A stretch of 62,835 nucleotides of DNA, taken from positions 1-62,835 of the forward strand of contig JBGTHM010000123.1 in NCBI GenBank assembly GCA_041746255.1. The letters are read 5' to 3'. Shown piece after piece: positions 18,908 through 28,292 of the stretch. Position 1 is the first letter of the stretch, and each line of letters starts with the position of its first letter. Source of the DNA: Fibrobacteria bacterium (GTDB lineage: Bacteria > Fibrobacterota > Fibrobacteria > UBA11236). The position numbers and the translations under genes were made by a program. Below the pieces are notes generated by a model, which was given only the letters and a program-made list of their open reading frames with translations, had not been told where the DNA came from and made no database searches.

Positions 18908-19978
18908 CTACAGCTTACGTAAGAGTTCCACCAATTCGTAATCGGTGCGTTCGGGATTATCGTATTGCGGGTAATGGGAGAAAAGGCTTTCACCCCGGCT
19001 GACCAGCCCGAAGTCCAGGTTTTTATAATTCCAATAGCTCCAGCCCACGTCGTGATCCTGTAATATGGAAAGCACGTCCCGCATCCAGTTCAGGTGAGAA
19101 TCGCGGTCCGCACCTCCCACATAGACTCCGAATTCGTTGCAAGCCACGGGAACCTTGTGCCGCTCCCGGAAATTCAGCGCGGCTTCCATTTGTTTTTCCA
19201 TGCGTTCCCGGTTCCATGTCCCCGAATCCAAAGGGTGGCGGTTACCCGGCTCCACCGGCAATGCATAAGTGCCGGGATAGGCGCGGCTTTCGTGGATATA
19301 ATCCAAGGTCAACCAGGGAGCCTTCTGGTGGGTGAAGGGCAGGGGATTGTAGAAATGAAAACTATACAGGACGTTATCATCCTCAATCGGAGTGAGGTGG
19401 GCGAACTCCGAAGCGCTGTTCCAACGGTTGGATCCCACGACCAGGGTCGATTTGGGCGCGTAGCGGCGGATATGCGCGGCCATTTCATCCTTGATTTTAT
19501 CCCAGACGGAAGCATCTTCGGCTACCGGCTCGTTGAGGATTTCCAGCATGACCTGGGGTTTGTCTCCATAGCGTTCGGCCAAATGGGTCCATACTTTACG
19601 GGCGTCGGCGCGCATTCCCGGATCGCTGAAAAAACTTTGGGCGCGTGTTCCTCCCTCGTGAAAGTCATGACCGGGACATTTATGCAAATCGAGAATCACG
19701 CTTAGGCCGCAAGAAATGATGTTGTCTACGGCTTTATCTAAAAGACGAAGCACCTTTTCTTCGGGAACAAGCGTCGGCCCTTGAAAAGCGTTGAAATAAT
19801 CCAAGGGAAGCCGGACGTGATTGAAGCCCCATTTCGCGATGCGGCTGAAATCTTGCGGACTGAGGAAGCTTTCGATATGGGACATCAGTCCAGGAAAGGT
19901 ATCGGGGTCTTTTTCTTCGATAGCGTCAACCTGGCTAAACCATCCACCCAGATTCACGCCGCGCATTCGTTCGTTCAT
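18908..19978 (-). CDS. Cytoplasmic GH5 endoglucanase/cellodextrinase (CelC/CedA-like)
   Basis: GVNLGGWFSQ, GFNHVRLP, ILDLH, EILNEP (acid/base), HFY, CNEFG (nucleophile), WSYWNYK; no signal peptide. Confidence 0.9.
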   Translation of the reverse strand: MNERMRGVNLGGWFSQVDAIEEKDPDTFPGLMSHIESFLSPQDFSRIAKWGFNHVRLPLDYFNAFQGPTLVPEEKVLRLLDKAVDNIISCGLSVILDLHKCPGHDFHEGGTRAQSFFSDPGMRADARKVWTHLAERYGDKPQVMLEILNEPVAEDASVWDKIKDEMAAHIRRYAPKSTLVVGSNRWNSASEFAHLTPIEDDNVLYSFHFYNPLPFTHQKAPWLTLDYIHESRAYPGTYALPVEPGNRHPLDSGTWNRERMEKQMEAALNFRERHKVPVACNEFGVYVGGADRDSHLNWMRDVLSILQDHDVGWSYWNYKNLDFGLVSRGESLFSHYPQYDNPERTDYELVELLRKL

Positions 19979-20298
19979 GTCGGCAAGTTATCATTTTCCC
20001 GAATTGATTCCAAATAGGCCGGGTTGGCCGAATCATCCGCCTGGGTGCAACCGTGAGTCGGACATATTTGGGTACGCAAAGGCTGGGTAAGCTATTAACT
20101 TTTACTTGCTTCCAAAATGAACCGGAACCCGGAACTTTCCACTAATTCAAGGTTGGGGATTCTGATTTTTTACCGTACAGATGTGGGAACGTCCGTCCCG
20201 GCCTGGCTTGGGACGACGTTCTTTCGTTGATACTCGGGTTGAAACCAGCTCCGTGCGCAAGAATTCCCTCCTTGGGCAATAAAAAAGGAACAAAGGAT

Positions 20299-22089
20299 AT
20301 GAAACAGGGACACTTCCTTTTTAGTATGGTCAGCCTGGGTTTGGCATTACTTCTCCTTGGTTGTGGAAGGGATGGGGATGGCCCTCCCGAGCTGAAAGAG
20401 TTTCCCCGGGAAAAAACCCTTTATGTCGGCGGATTCCAATGGGGTCCGCCCATTACCTTCAGCCCCTTGCACATCACCCCGGCTTGGCCCATTACCGGCA
20501 ACATGAATCTCATCTATGAAAGCCTGTTCGGGTATAATCAGTTGAGCGGGAATATCGAGCCCATAATCGGATTGAATCATGCCTTGCAGGGCCGCAAGTT
20601 GACCGTCGAACTGAACCCCGCGGCCCGTTGGCATAACGGCGATTCGCTCACCGCCGACGACGTATACTATACCTTCGATTTGCACCGTCGCTACCACACC
20701 ACCTTCCATGGGCATTGGAATTTTTTAAGCGATATCCAGGTGGAGGGACGGCACAGGTTGGTATTCACTTTGAAAGAGGAAAACTACAACCCCTACATGA
20801 TGCTCGACATCATTTCGGTAACGCCTATTCTTCCAAAGAAAATATTTGCTGAACTCGAACGTCAAGCTAGTGAGGAATTACACGGCAAGTCCGGAAAGGC
20901 GCCTTCCGACGACGAGGTTTTTTCCAGATTGCAAGAACATAAAAATGATAAGCCCATCGGCTCAGGCCCCTATACTTTGCAAGCCTATTCTAATCAGACG
21001 ATTGTGCTGTCCAGAGTCGACGACTATTGGGGAAATGAGGCCATCCGCGGCGGCAAGCTGCCTGCGCCCACCTATATCATCCATTCCACCTATACCAGCA
21101 ACGACAAGTTCAGCCTCGCCCTGCAACAGGGGAATCTGGATATCTCCCAAAACTTCATACCGCAGGTGTGGACCAAGTTCCGACACCAAGTCGGCACCTG
21201 GTACGATAAGGAACCCTATTACGTACCGGCCATCATTCCTTCCCTGCTCATGGCTCTCACGAAAGCACCCTTTAACGACCCCGCTTTCCGCCGCGCCAGT
21301 GCGCATGCCATCAATTATGATCAGATAAAGCGGTTGGCCATGTATGACTACACTCCGGTTTTGCAACCCGGTTATATCCTGCCATTCGGCAAGGAACAGG
21401 TTTATTTCAATGCGCAGGATACGGAGAAGCATGGCGTTAACTACAATCCGGAAAAGGCGCGTGAAATTCTGAGCCAGGCGGGGTACACCTGGGGAGCGGA
21501 CGGCCTTCTTATCGACCCTTCCGGAACTAAAATCCGCACCCTCTATGCCAGCTGTCCCAGCGGCTGGAATGATTGGGAGTCGACCCTGCGAATTGCCGTT
21601 GCAGGCATGCGTAGCGTCGGTATCGATGTGCGGGAAAAATTCGTGGAATACCCGGTCTGGGACCGTGATCTCAAAACCGGCAATTTCGATTTCACCATGC
21701 GCACTCCGCATGCCGAAACATCGCCCTCGGTGCCGTGGATTCGATTTGATAAAGTGATGTCGTCCAAGCAATGGCGCCCCGTGGGAGAAATCATGTATGA
21801 GAACGAAGGCCGTTACAAAAACCCCTCGGCCGATAGTCTTTTGCAAGCCATCCCCAAGCTCACCGACCCGGAAGCGGTGAAGGAAGCCTTCTTCGCCATC
21901 AACCGTATGTTCATGCAGGATCTTCCCGTCATTCCTCTTATGTATCGGCCCTGGCACCTCTACCAATTCTCGCAAAAGCAGTGGACGAATTTTCCTACCG
22001 AACAAAATCCCCATGCGCCGCCGCAATGCCTGTTCGTAGGCGCAGGCATCAAAGCCCTCTGGGAAATCCGTCCGGCAGATCGGAAATGA
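20299..22089 (+). CDS. ABC transporter substrate-binding lipoprotein, family 5 (probably oligosaccharide-binding)
   Basis: Lipobox LLLLGC after ATG 20299; ARWHNGDSLTADDV, PIGSGPY; resembles cello-oligosaccharide-binding Opp-type proteins. Confidence 0.9.
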   Translation: MKQGHFLFSMVSLGLALLLLGCGRDGDGPPELKEFPREKTLYVGGFQWGPPITFSPLHITPAWPITGNMNLIYESLFGYNQLSGNIEPIIGLNHALQGRKLTVELNPAARWHNGDSLTADDVYYTFDLHRRYHTTFHGHWNFLSDIQVEGRHRLVFTLKEENYNPYMMLDIISVTPILPKKIFAELERQASEELHGKSGKAPSDDEVFSRLQEHKNDKPIGSGPYTLQAYSNQTIVLSRVDDYWGNEAIRGGKLPAPTYIIHSTYTSNDKFSLALQQGNLDISQNFIPQVWTKFRHQVGTWYDKEPYYVPAIIPSLLMALTKAPFNDPAFRRASAHAINYDQIKRLAMYDYTPVLQPGYILPFGKEQVYFNAQDTEKHGVNYNPEKAREILSQAGYTWGADGLLIDPSGTKIRTLYASCPSGWNDWESTLRIAVAGMRSVGIDVREKFVEYPVWDRDLKTGNFDFTMRTPHAETSPSVPWIRFDKVMSSKQWRPVGEIMYENEGRYKNPSADSLLQAIPKLTDPEAVKEAFFAINRMFMQDLPVIPLMYRPWHLYQFSQKQWTNFPTEQNPHAPPQCLFVGAGIKALWEIRPADRK

Positions 22090-22142
22090 AGCAAATGCCT
22101 ACCGCGTCTCCTATGGTTGAAATGGCGGCCTGACCCAACGCT

Positions 22143-23162
22143 ATGTTCATCAGTCCCGCATTTCGCTATATCCTCCGCCGTGGCGGATGGTATTTACTGA
22201 CCCTGTTCGTGGCCATTGCGCTTAACTTCGCGCTGCCGCGGCTGGGTCCTACTAACCCGGTGGATACCATTATGACTCGCTTGGACAGTCCCGGCATGGA
22301 CTCCCAGGAGTATATGCGCCTCTACGAGAAGTATATGCGCGACTTCAATTTGGACAAATCGCTGCCGGTGCAGTTTTTCACCTATCTCGGCAAATCCCTT
22401 CAGGGTGACCTGGGAGTGTCCTTTACCCGCCACCCCCAAAAGGTGAACGACATCCTGGCATCCGGGCTGCCATGGACTCTCGCTTTGCAAATACCGGCGC
22501 TGTTGTTGGGTTGGTTGGTCGGCAATCTCCTGGGCGCCTATGCGGCTTACCGCAGGGGCATATTCGATAAGGGCTTTTACCCGGTTTCCCTTTTCTTCAG
22601 TTCCATTCCCTATTTCTGCTTCGCCATTTTGCTGGTATATGTTTTCGCCATCCACTTTCCCTTGCTCCCGGCTTTCGGAGGCTATGCCGGAAACCTGTTG
22701 CCGGATTTCTCTTTTACCTTTCTGGCCAGCGCGGCCCAGCATTATATCCTGCCTTTTCTGTCACTCTTCCTCATATTGGTGGGAGGCCAGGCCATCGGCA
22801 TGCGCTCGATGTCGATTTATGAATTGGGAACGGATTACGTTAAATACGCCAAGATGATGGGCCTGGGCGAAGGTCGTATCGTGCAATACATTTTCCGTAA
22901 CGCCATGTTACCGCAGCTCACCGGCCTGGCTCTGTCGCTGGGGGCCATGGTGGGAGGCGCCCTTATCACGGAAATCGTTTTCTCCTATCCGGGTCTGGGA
23001 ATGGTGATGTTCAATGCCATCCGCGAGAACGATTATCCGGTCATCCAGGGCTGCGCCCTACTCGTAACCGTGGGTGTGTTGGCCGCTAATTTTCTCGTCG
23101 ACATCCTCATCGGAATCCTGGATCCCCGCATCGGAGCCTCGCAACAGGCGGGTGGCGCATGA
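22143..23162 (+). CDS. ABC permease (OppB/DppB type)
   Basis: GDLGVSF, EAA-like loop DYVKYAKMMGL, FSYPGLG, DYPVIQG, LDPRI. Confidence 0.93.
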   Translation: MFISPAFRYILRRGGWYLLTLFVAIALNFALPRLGPTNPVDTIMTRLDSPGMDSQEYMRLYEKYMRDFNLDKSLPVQFFTYLGKSLQGDLGVSFTRHPQKVNDILASGLPWTLALQIPALLLGWLVGNLLGAYAAYRRGIFDKGFYPVSLFFSSIPYFCFAILLVYVFAIHFPLLPAFGGYAGNLLPDFSFTFLASAAQHYILPFLSLFLILVGGQAIGMRSMSIYELGTDYVKYAKMMGLGEGRIVQYIFRNAMLPQLTGLALSLGAMVGGALITEIVFSYPGLGMVMFNAIRENDYPVIQGCALLVTVGVLAANFLVDILIGILDPRIGASQQAGGA

Positions 23163-23992
23163 GGATGCTTCGAAGCTTGTTAAAGCAACCCACCTTCCTA
23201 CTCGGAACCCTCACCTTTTTGGGAGCCGTGTTGCTGGCGGTATTTTTCCCCCTCCTCAATCCGGTGGATCCCATGCTGCGCGACGGCCCGGCCTTCGCCG
23301 CCCCTTCCCAAGAATATTTCCTGGGAACCAATAACGAAGGACAAGACATGCTCGTCCTTTTGATTTACGGTTTGCGCTCCTCCCTTATCGTAGGTTTGCT
23401 CGCGGGATTGTTTGCTACCGTGCTGGGAACTTTCATCGGTGTGCTGGCGGGTTACAAAGGGGGATGGTTGGACGATATCCTCACCGCGGTGACCAACCTG
23501 TTCCTGGTTATTCCTTCCCTGGTCATTCTTATCCTTATCAGCAATAGTATCGAAAAGCGCTCGTTAGGTCTAATCGCTCTTATCATCGGCGCTTCGGCAT
23601 GGACCTGGACGGCCCGTTCGGTAAGAGCCCAAACCTCCAGTTTGCGTGAACGGGATCATGTCAGTTTGGCCAGGCTTAACGGCGACGGTACCTTCTCCAT
23701 TTTGGCCCGGCAAATAGTGCCCTACCTGCTTTCCTATATATTCATGGTTTTCATCCTCCAGATGGCCTCGGGGATTCTCAGCGAAGCAGCCATCAGCATG
23801 TTGGGGTTGGGTCCCTACGATTCGGTGTCCCTGGGTCAAATCCTCAACAACGCGCAGGTGAGCGAAGGCCTCATCAACGGAAACTGGTGGGTATTCATGC
23901 CCGCCGCACTGCTCATCAGCGTACTCACTTTCGCGTTGTATATGATCAACACCTCCATGGAAGAGGTTTTCAACCCGAGGTTGCGCAAATGA
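23159..23992 (+). CDS. ABC permease (OppC/DppC type)
   Basis: LGTNNEGQD, ARSVRAQ, LSEAAISMLGLG, FNPRLR. Confidence 0.93.
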   Translation: MRMLRSLLKQPTFLLGTLTFLGAVLLAVFFPLLNPVDPMLRDGPAFAAPSQEYFLGTNNEGQDMLVLLIYGLRSSLIVGLLAGLFATVLGTFIGVLAGYKGGWLDDILTAVTNLFLVIPSLVILILISNSIEKRSLGLIALIIGASAWTWTARSVRAQTSSLRERDHVSLARLNGDGTFSILARQIVPYLLSYIFMVFILQMASGILSEAAISMLGLGPYDSVSLGQILNNAQVSEGLINGNWWVFMPAALLISVLTFALYMINTSMEEVFNPRLRK

Positions 23993-25044
23993 ACATCGGG
24001 GAAAATCAGGGACTTCAGGCAGGTTCCCTTTCGGAAAAAGCGGCTGTATCCGCTTCTGGGTCGGCATCCGCTCAGCCTCTCTTCGAGGTGGAAAATCTTC
24101 GCGCCCATTATCGCACCCGTTTCGGTGAAACCATACATGCCGTCGACGGCGTTTCTTTTACCCTGAACGCCGGAGAAGTGCTCGGCATCGCAGGGGAATC
24201 GGGTTGCGGAAAATCGACCTTGGTGAGCGCGGCCATGGGCCTATTTCAACCGCCCTTGCATTATACTTCCGGCGCCATCCGACTCGAAGGTGTGGATTTG
24301 GTGAAATTGGATAAGGAGTCGCACCGCCGCGACATTTTGGGACGCCGCATCGCCATGATTCCCCAGGGCGCTTTGAACTCGCTTAATCCCACCCGCCGCG
24401 TGCGCGATTTCGCAGCTGACGCGGTACTGAGCCACTTTCCCGAAATGCGCCGCAACGACATCAAGGCAAAATTGCGAGAGCGCTTCGCCCGCATCGGATT
24501 GTCGGAGCGCGTACTCGATGCGTATCCAGTGCAGCTTTCCGGCGGGATGAAGCAACGCGTTGTCATCGCCGTCTCCACTTTGATGAATCCCAAGGTGGTC
24601 ATCGCCGACGAATCCACTTCGGCGCTCGACGTTTCGACGCAGAAGTCGGTTATCGAAATGATTTTCGATTTGATGGACAAGGATATCATTTCCAGCATGA
24701 TATTCATCACGCATGAACTTCCCCTCTTAAGCCATATCGCCAACCGTATCGCCGTCATGTATGCAGGTGAATTCGTGGAAATAGGCGATACGCGTCAGGT
24801 CATAGACGATCCCCGCCATCCCTATTCCCAGGCTTTGATGCACTCCATGCTGTTGGCTGAACCGGGAGCGCGCGACGAAAAGCCGGTGACCATTCCCGGC
24901 GCTCCCCCGAATCTGCAAGAGCCTCCCGAGGGTTGCCGTTTTTCCGAGCGATGCCCGGTGGCGCGCCAAGGAGTTTGCGAGCTCACGCGGCAGGAATTGA
25001 TTCCCGTGGCGGGACGTCAGGTGAGGTGCCAATATGCCGACTGA
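23989..25044 (+). CDS. ABC ATPase (OppD type)
   Basis: GESGCGKS, LSGGMKQR, IADESTSALD, C-terminal GCRFSERCP; start set at ATGA overlap 23989. Confidence 0.93.
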   Translation: MNIGENQGLQAGSLSEKAAVSASGSASAQPLFEVENLRAHYRTRFGETIHAVDGVSFTLNAGEVLGIAGESGCGKSTLVSAAMGLFQPPLHYTSGAIRLEGVDLVKLDKESHRRDILGRRIAMIPQGALNSLNPTRRVRDFAADAVLSHFPEMRRNDIKAKLRERFARIGLSERVLDAYPVQLSGGMKQRVVIAVSTLMNPKVVIADESTSALDVSTQKSVIEMIFDLMDKDIISSMIFITHELPLLSHIANRIAVMYAGEFVEIGDTRQVIDDPRHPYSQALMHSMLLAEPGARDEKPVTIPGAPPNLQEPPEGCRFSERCPVARQGVCELTRQELIPVAGRQVRCQYAD

Positions 25045-25885
25045 AATCCATTCCGTAAAACCGGTCATTTCGGCCCGGGGTCTCACTTGCGCCTTTGGCC
25101 AGGGAAAAGATCGTTTTACCGCCGTCGACGCCGTCGATTTCGAGGTGGCGGACCAGGAAATCATTTCCATTGTGGGAGAGTCCGGTAGCGGAAAGACTAC
25201 CCTCGCCAAAATGTTGCTGGGCCTGCAAAAGCCGACCGCAGGCGAACTCCTTTTCCTGGATCGACCGGCGGCCAAGGGAGCCGCGCATTGGCGTCTTATC
25301 CAAGCCGTATTCCAGGATCCCTTTTCCTGTTTCAACCAGTTCTTCACCATCAAAAGCCAATTAGGCGCGGCCTTCAAACTTTTCGGAAAAAAATTCAGCG
25401 AGGAAGAAAAGCGCTGCCGCATCGACGAAGCCTTGCGCGCGGTGAACATGGAACCGGATAAGCTCGAAGGCAAATACCCGTTCGAATTATCCGGGGGCCA
25501 GATGCAAAGGCTGCTTTTGGCCCGGGTCTTTCTTATCGAACCCCGCATCCTGGTGGCCGATGAGCCCACGAGCATGGTGGATGCCTGCAGCCGCGCCAAT
25601 ATCCTGGATTTTCTGCTCGATTTGAAAAAACAACGCGGGATGACCATCATTTTCATCACCCACGACATCGGGTTGGCCTATTATGTGAGCGATCGAATTT
25701 TTATTATGCATCGCGGGCGCATCGTTGAACAAGGTCCGCCCGATGAGGTGATTCTCCATCCTCGGGATGAGTATACGCGTAGGCTACTGAATGACGTGCC
25801 CACGCTGGGTCGCCCCTGGTTTGCACGCTCCAAGCCGAATCGGGGGATTTCTGAGGCTAAGGAAAGTATTTCCGGTTTTTCTTGA
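25034..25885 (+). CDS. ABC ATPase (OppF type)
   Basis: GESGSGKT, LSGGQMQR, VADEPTSMVD, ITHD. Confidence 0.93.
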   Translation: MPTEIHSVKPVISARGLTCAFGQGKDRFTAVDAVDFEVADQEIISIVGESGSGKTTLAKMLLGLQKPTAGELLFLDRPAAKGAAHWRLIQAVFQDPFSCFNQFFTIKSQLGAAFKLFGKKFSEEEKRCRIDEALRAVNMEPDKLEGKYPFELSGGQMQRLLLARVFLIEPRILVADEPTSMVDACSRANILDFLLDLKKQRGMTIIFITHDIGLAYYVSDRIFIMHRGRIVEQGPPDEVILHPRDEYTRRLLNDVPTLGRPWFARSKPNRGISEAKESISGFS

Positions 25886-25960
25886 CTTATTTGGCGGAAA
25901 AATCAAACCCATCACTCCGAGTTGCCCACTAAGGGGCCAGGAACCCAAGGGAGATAGCTT

Positions 25961-28249
25961 GTGAACAAGGCATTGGCGAAAGCCGCGCCCTGGATTTTTT
26001 TTAGTGCCTGGATGGGAGCTTCGGCCAACCCCGGACCGGTAGCCGTCGATTCGGCTTTGGCCGGGATGGAGTCCTCGCTTGGTCGCGTCGAGTCCAAAGT
26101 ACTTTCCACCTTGATGTTCGGCGGCTCCAGCCCCGTTTCTTTCTCGGGAGAGGCGCGCCTTAAAATCCAGGACCATAACTTCACCGATTACCCGCCCTTT
26201 CTCACCGATAACCAGACCTGGACCGCCGCCAACTGGGAAGGAAATGAATCTTTCCTCCGGCTGGGCATGGTAGTGCGCCCCAACCGCAATACCGTGCTCT
26301 GGTCCAAAATCGGATTTCAGCATACCCTCCCAGGCAACTATCTCAATCCCCAACAAGCACGGATGGGCCCCGATGGATTTACGCCCATCCAAACCCGTCA
26401 CGATAAGAGTGAGGAAACGGCAAACATTCATGAAGACATGTCGGCGGGCATCGCTTTGCGCACCATACCCGCGTCGTTCTGGTTACGCATGGGTAACGTA
26501 CTTTGGACCGAGGCCTCACCTCTGACCATTTGGAAGGCGCAACCCCGTACCTTCGCCTGGGATTACCTCCCCTTTGAAGTAGAACAGCCTATCGCGCGCT
26601 ATTATGAATACAACGTCGCGAAGGGGGAAAAATCCGGACGGGCTGCCTGGAACAAAAAACCCTTCAACGGCGTCAATCTGGAAAGTATCAACCTGCCTGC
26701 AGACCTTTATTTCAACTTTCTGTATGCGGGGTTTGAGCGCTACGACAATTTCGAACGTGAATTCATCGATTGGTCCAACGATCTGGGTTATGCGGGGCTC
26801 GGCACGGAGGCCAAGGGCCGCGGCATAGGCGATAGCTACCGGCGCGCGATTCATGGGCGGGTGGCACATGCGAAAACCGTGGGAGGGCTGTCCCTGGGCG
26901 TGAACTATGCCGGTACGCGTTATCAACCCAGTATCGTGAATCAAACCTTGTGGAGGGTGAACTTCGGTTTGCGGGATACCTTGGTTATCGATCCCGTATC
27001 GGGTGCCTCTAGCCGGGTACCTTTAGGAAATGGATTCTATAAGCATGCCAACGTATTGTCTTTGGATTTGCGCGGTAGTATCGGAGACAATTGGCTGTTG
27101 CAATCCGACCTGGCCCTAAGCCGACTGGATACCATCTGGCATGACTGGACTCTGGCCGGCCATGCGAGCCGCACCGAATCCCGAGACATCATACCCGCAG
27201 CTTATGCTAAAGTGACCAACCTGCACTTTTTTCCGGTGGAAGCCGACTTCGCTTATTTTCCCAAGGGATTCTATTCGCCGTTTTCCTTCGCGGCGCCCAT
27301 CGACGCTTTCATGCCGTTCGGCGCCAATATGGTAGGCTCGGGGAAATTCATGGCCCGCGGCGAAGGCTCTCCCTATGTGCAAAACATGGCTGGCCTCAAG
27401 CTGACCTTGACGCCGTATTCCGGCTTCGGCCATTTTAAAGTCTCCTATGGCCAACACTTTCAACCCGAAGCCTCGCGCGACATATTGTTTTTTCCGCATC
27501 GCCTCAACGGGGCAGACTTGAGCTCGGTATTCCAAACCTCGTACAACCGTTGGGGAAACAATCTCGTGGATCACTCCCTGCCGGTCAAATACAATAAGCG
27601 CCTGGGGGATGAGAGCTTCCGCGTCAAAGAATATCTCGACCCGCTGGGTCCCGAAGCGGGCGGTCTGCGCAACGACTATCTGACCCTATATGAGGGTTTC
27701 GTGCCCTATCAGTCGGTGGCGCAAGCGCAAGGCAACATCGGTGAAACCACCGGTATTTTCACACGCTCGAATTTTGTTCCCGTGAATAAGAAGTGGACCT
27801 CCAATTTTGAAGTGGATGCCGCCTACGACGTGGGCCCGCTTATCGGTTATAAACGCGACTTGTTCATGAGCGGATACTTTTCCTTGAATGGCGTAACGAC
27901 CTCGCCCGCGGCGCTAAGCCTCGACGAATCCGGCGACGATATGTTGTTATGGGGAGCATACCTGCGTTTTGAGCCCGCCATGGCCCTTACCGACAATTTA
28001 TACATACTGGCCTTGGCCGGTTACGAAAATTGGCGCTCCCAGAAAGCTTATGCCATGGGCCTTATGGGGGTGGAGCATATGCCTATCGATTTTCGCGACT
28101 ATGCCTACGGAGTCGGATTCGATTGGGATATCGCGCCTCGCGTTGGATTGCATGGCCGCTATAAATGGATGCAACACGATGATGTGAATCTCCCGGTAAA
28201 TAATTGGAAGGCGCGAGTGATGTCCGCCGAAATCAAAACGTGGTTCTAA
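25961..28249 (+). CDS. Putative outer-membrane beta-barrel protein
   Basis: Signal peptide, amphipathic beta strands, aromatic-rich, C-terminal beta-signal AEIKTWF. Confidence 0.7.
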   Translation: MNKALAKAAPWIFFSAWMGASANPGPVAVDSALAGMESSLGRVESKVLSTLMFGGSSPVSFSGEARLKIQDHNFTDYPPFLTDNQTWTAANWEGNESFLRLGMVVRPNRNTVLWSKIGFQHTLPGNYLNPQQARMGPDGFTPIQTRHDKSEETANIHEDMSAGIALRTIPASFWLRMGNVLWTEASPLTIWKAQPRTFAWDYLPFEVEQPIARYYEYNVAKGEKSGRAAWNKKPFNGVNLESINLPADLYFNFLYAGFERYDNFEREFIDWSNDLGYAGLGTEAKGRGIGDSYRRAIHGRVAHAKTVGGLSLGVNYAGTRYQPSIVNQTLWRVNFGLRDTLVIDPVSGASSRVPLGNGFYKHANVLSLDLRGSIGDNWLLQSDLALSRLDTIWHDWTLAGHASRTESRDIIPAAYAKVTNLHFFPVEADFAYFPKGFYSPFSFAAPIDAFMPFGANMVGSGKFMARGEGSPYVQNMAGLKLTLTPYSGFGHFKVSYGQHFQPEASRDILFFPHRLNGADLSSVFQTSYNRWGNNLVDHSLPVKYNKRLGDESFRVKEYLDPLGPEAGGLRNDYLTLYEGFVPYQSVAQAQGNIGETTGIFTRSNFVPVNKKWTSNFEVDAAYDVGPLIGYKRDLFMSGYFSLNGVTTSPAALSLDESGDDMLLWGAYLRFEPAMALTDNLYILALAGYENWRSQKAYAMGLMGVEHMPIDFRDYAYGVGFDWDIAPRVGLHGRYKWMQHDDVNLPVNNWKARVMSAEIKTWF

Positions 28250-28292
28250 CGCGGGCTCTTAGGCCTTTACCCGGCGCCTGGTGGCGCCATGA

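Noticed and set aside
20040..20100. c-di-GMP-I riboswitch (GGGTACGCAAAG resembles GGGACGCAAAGC)
   Set aside because: No GNRA tetraloop/receptor stem or P1 pairing could be built
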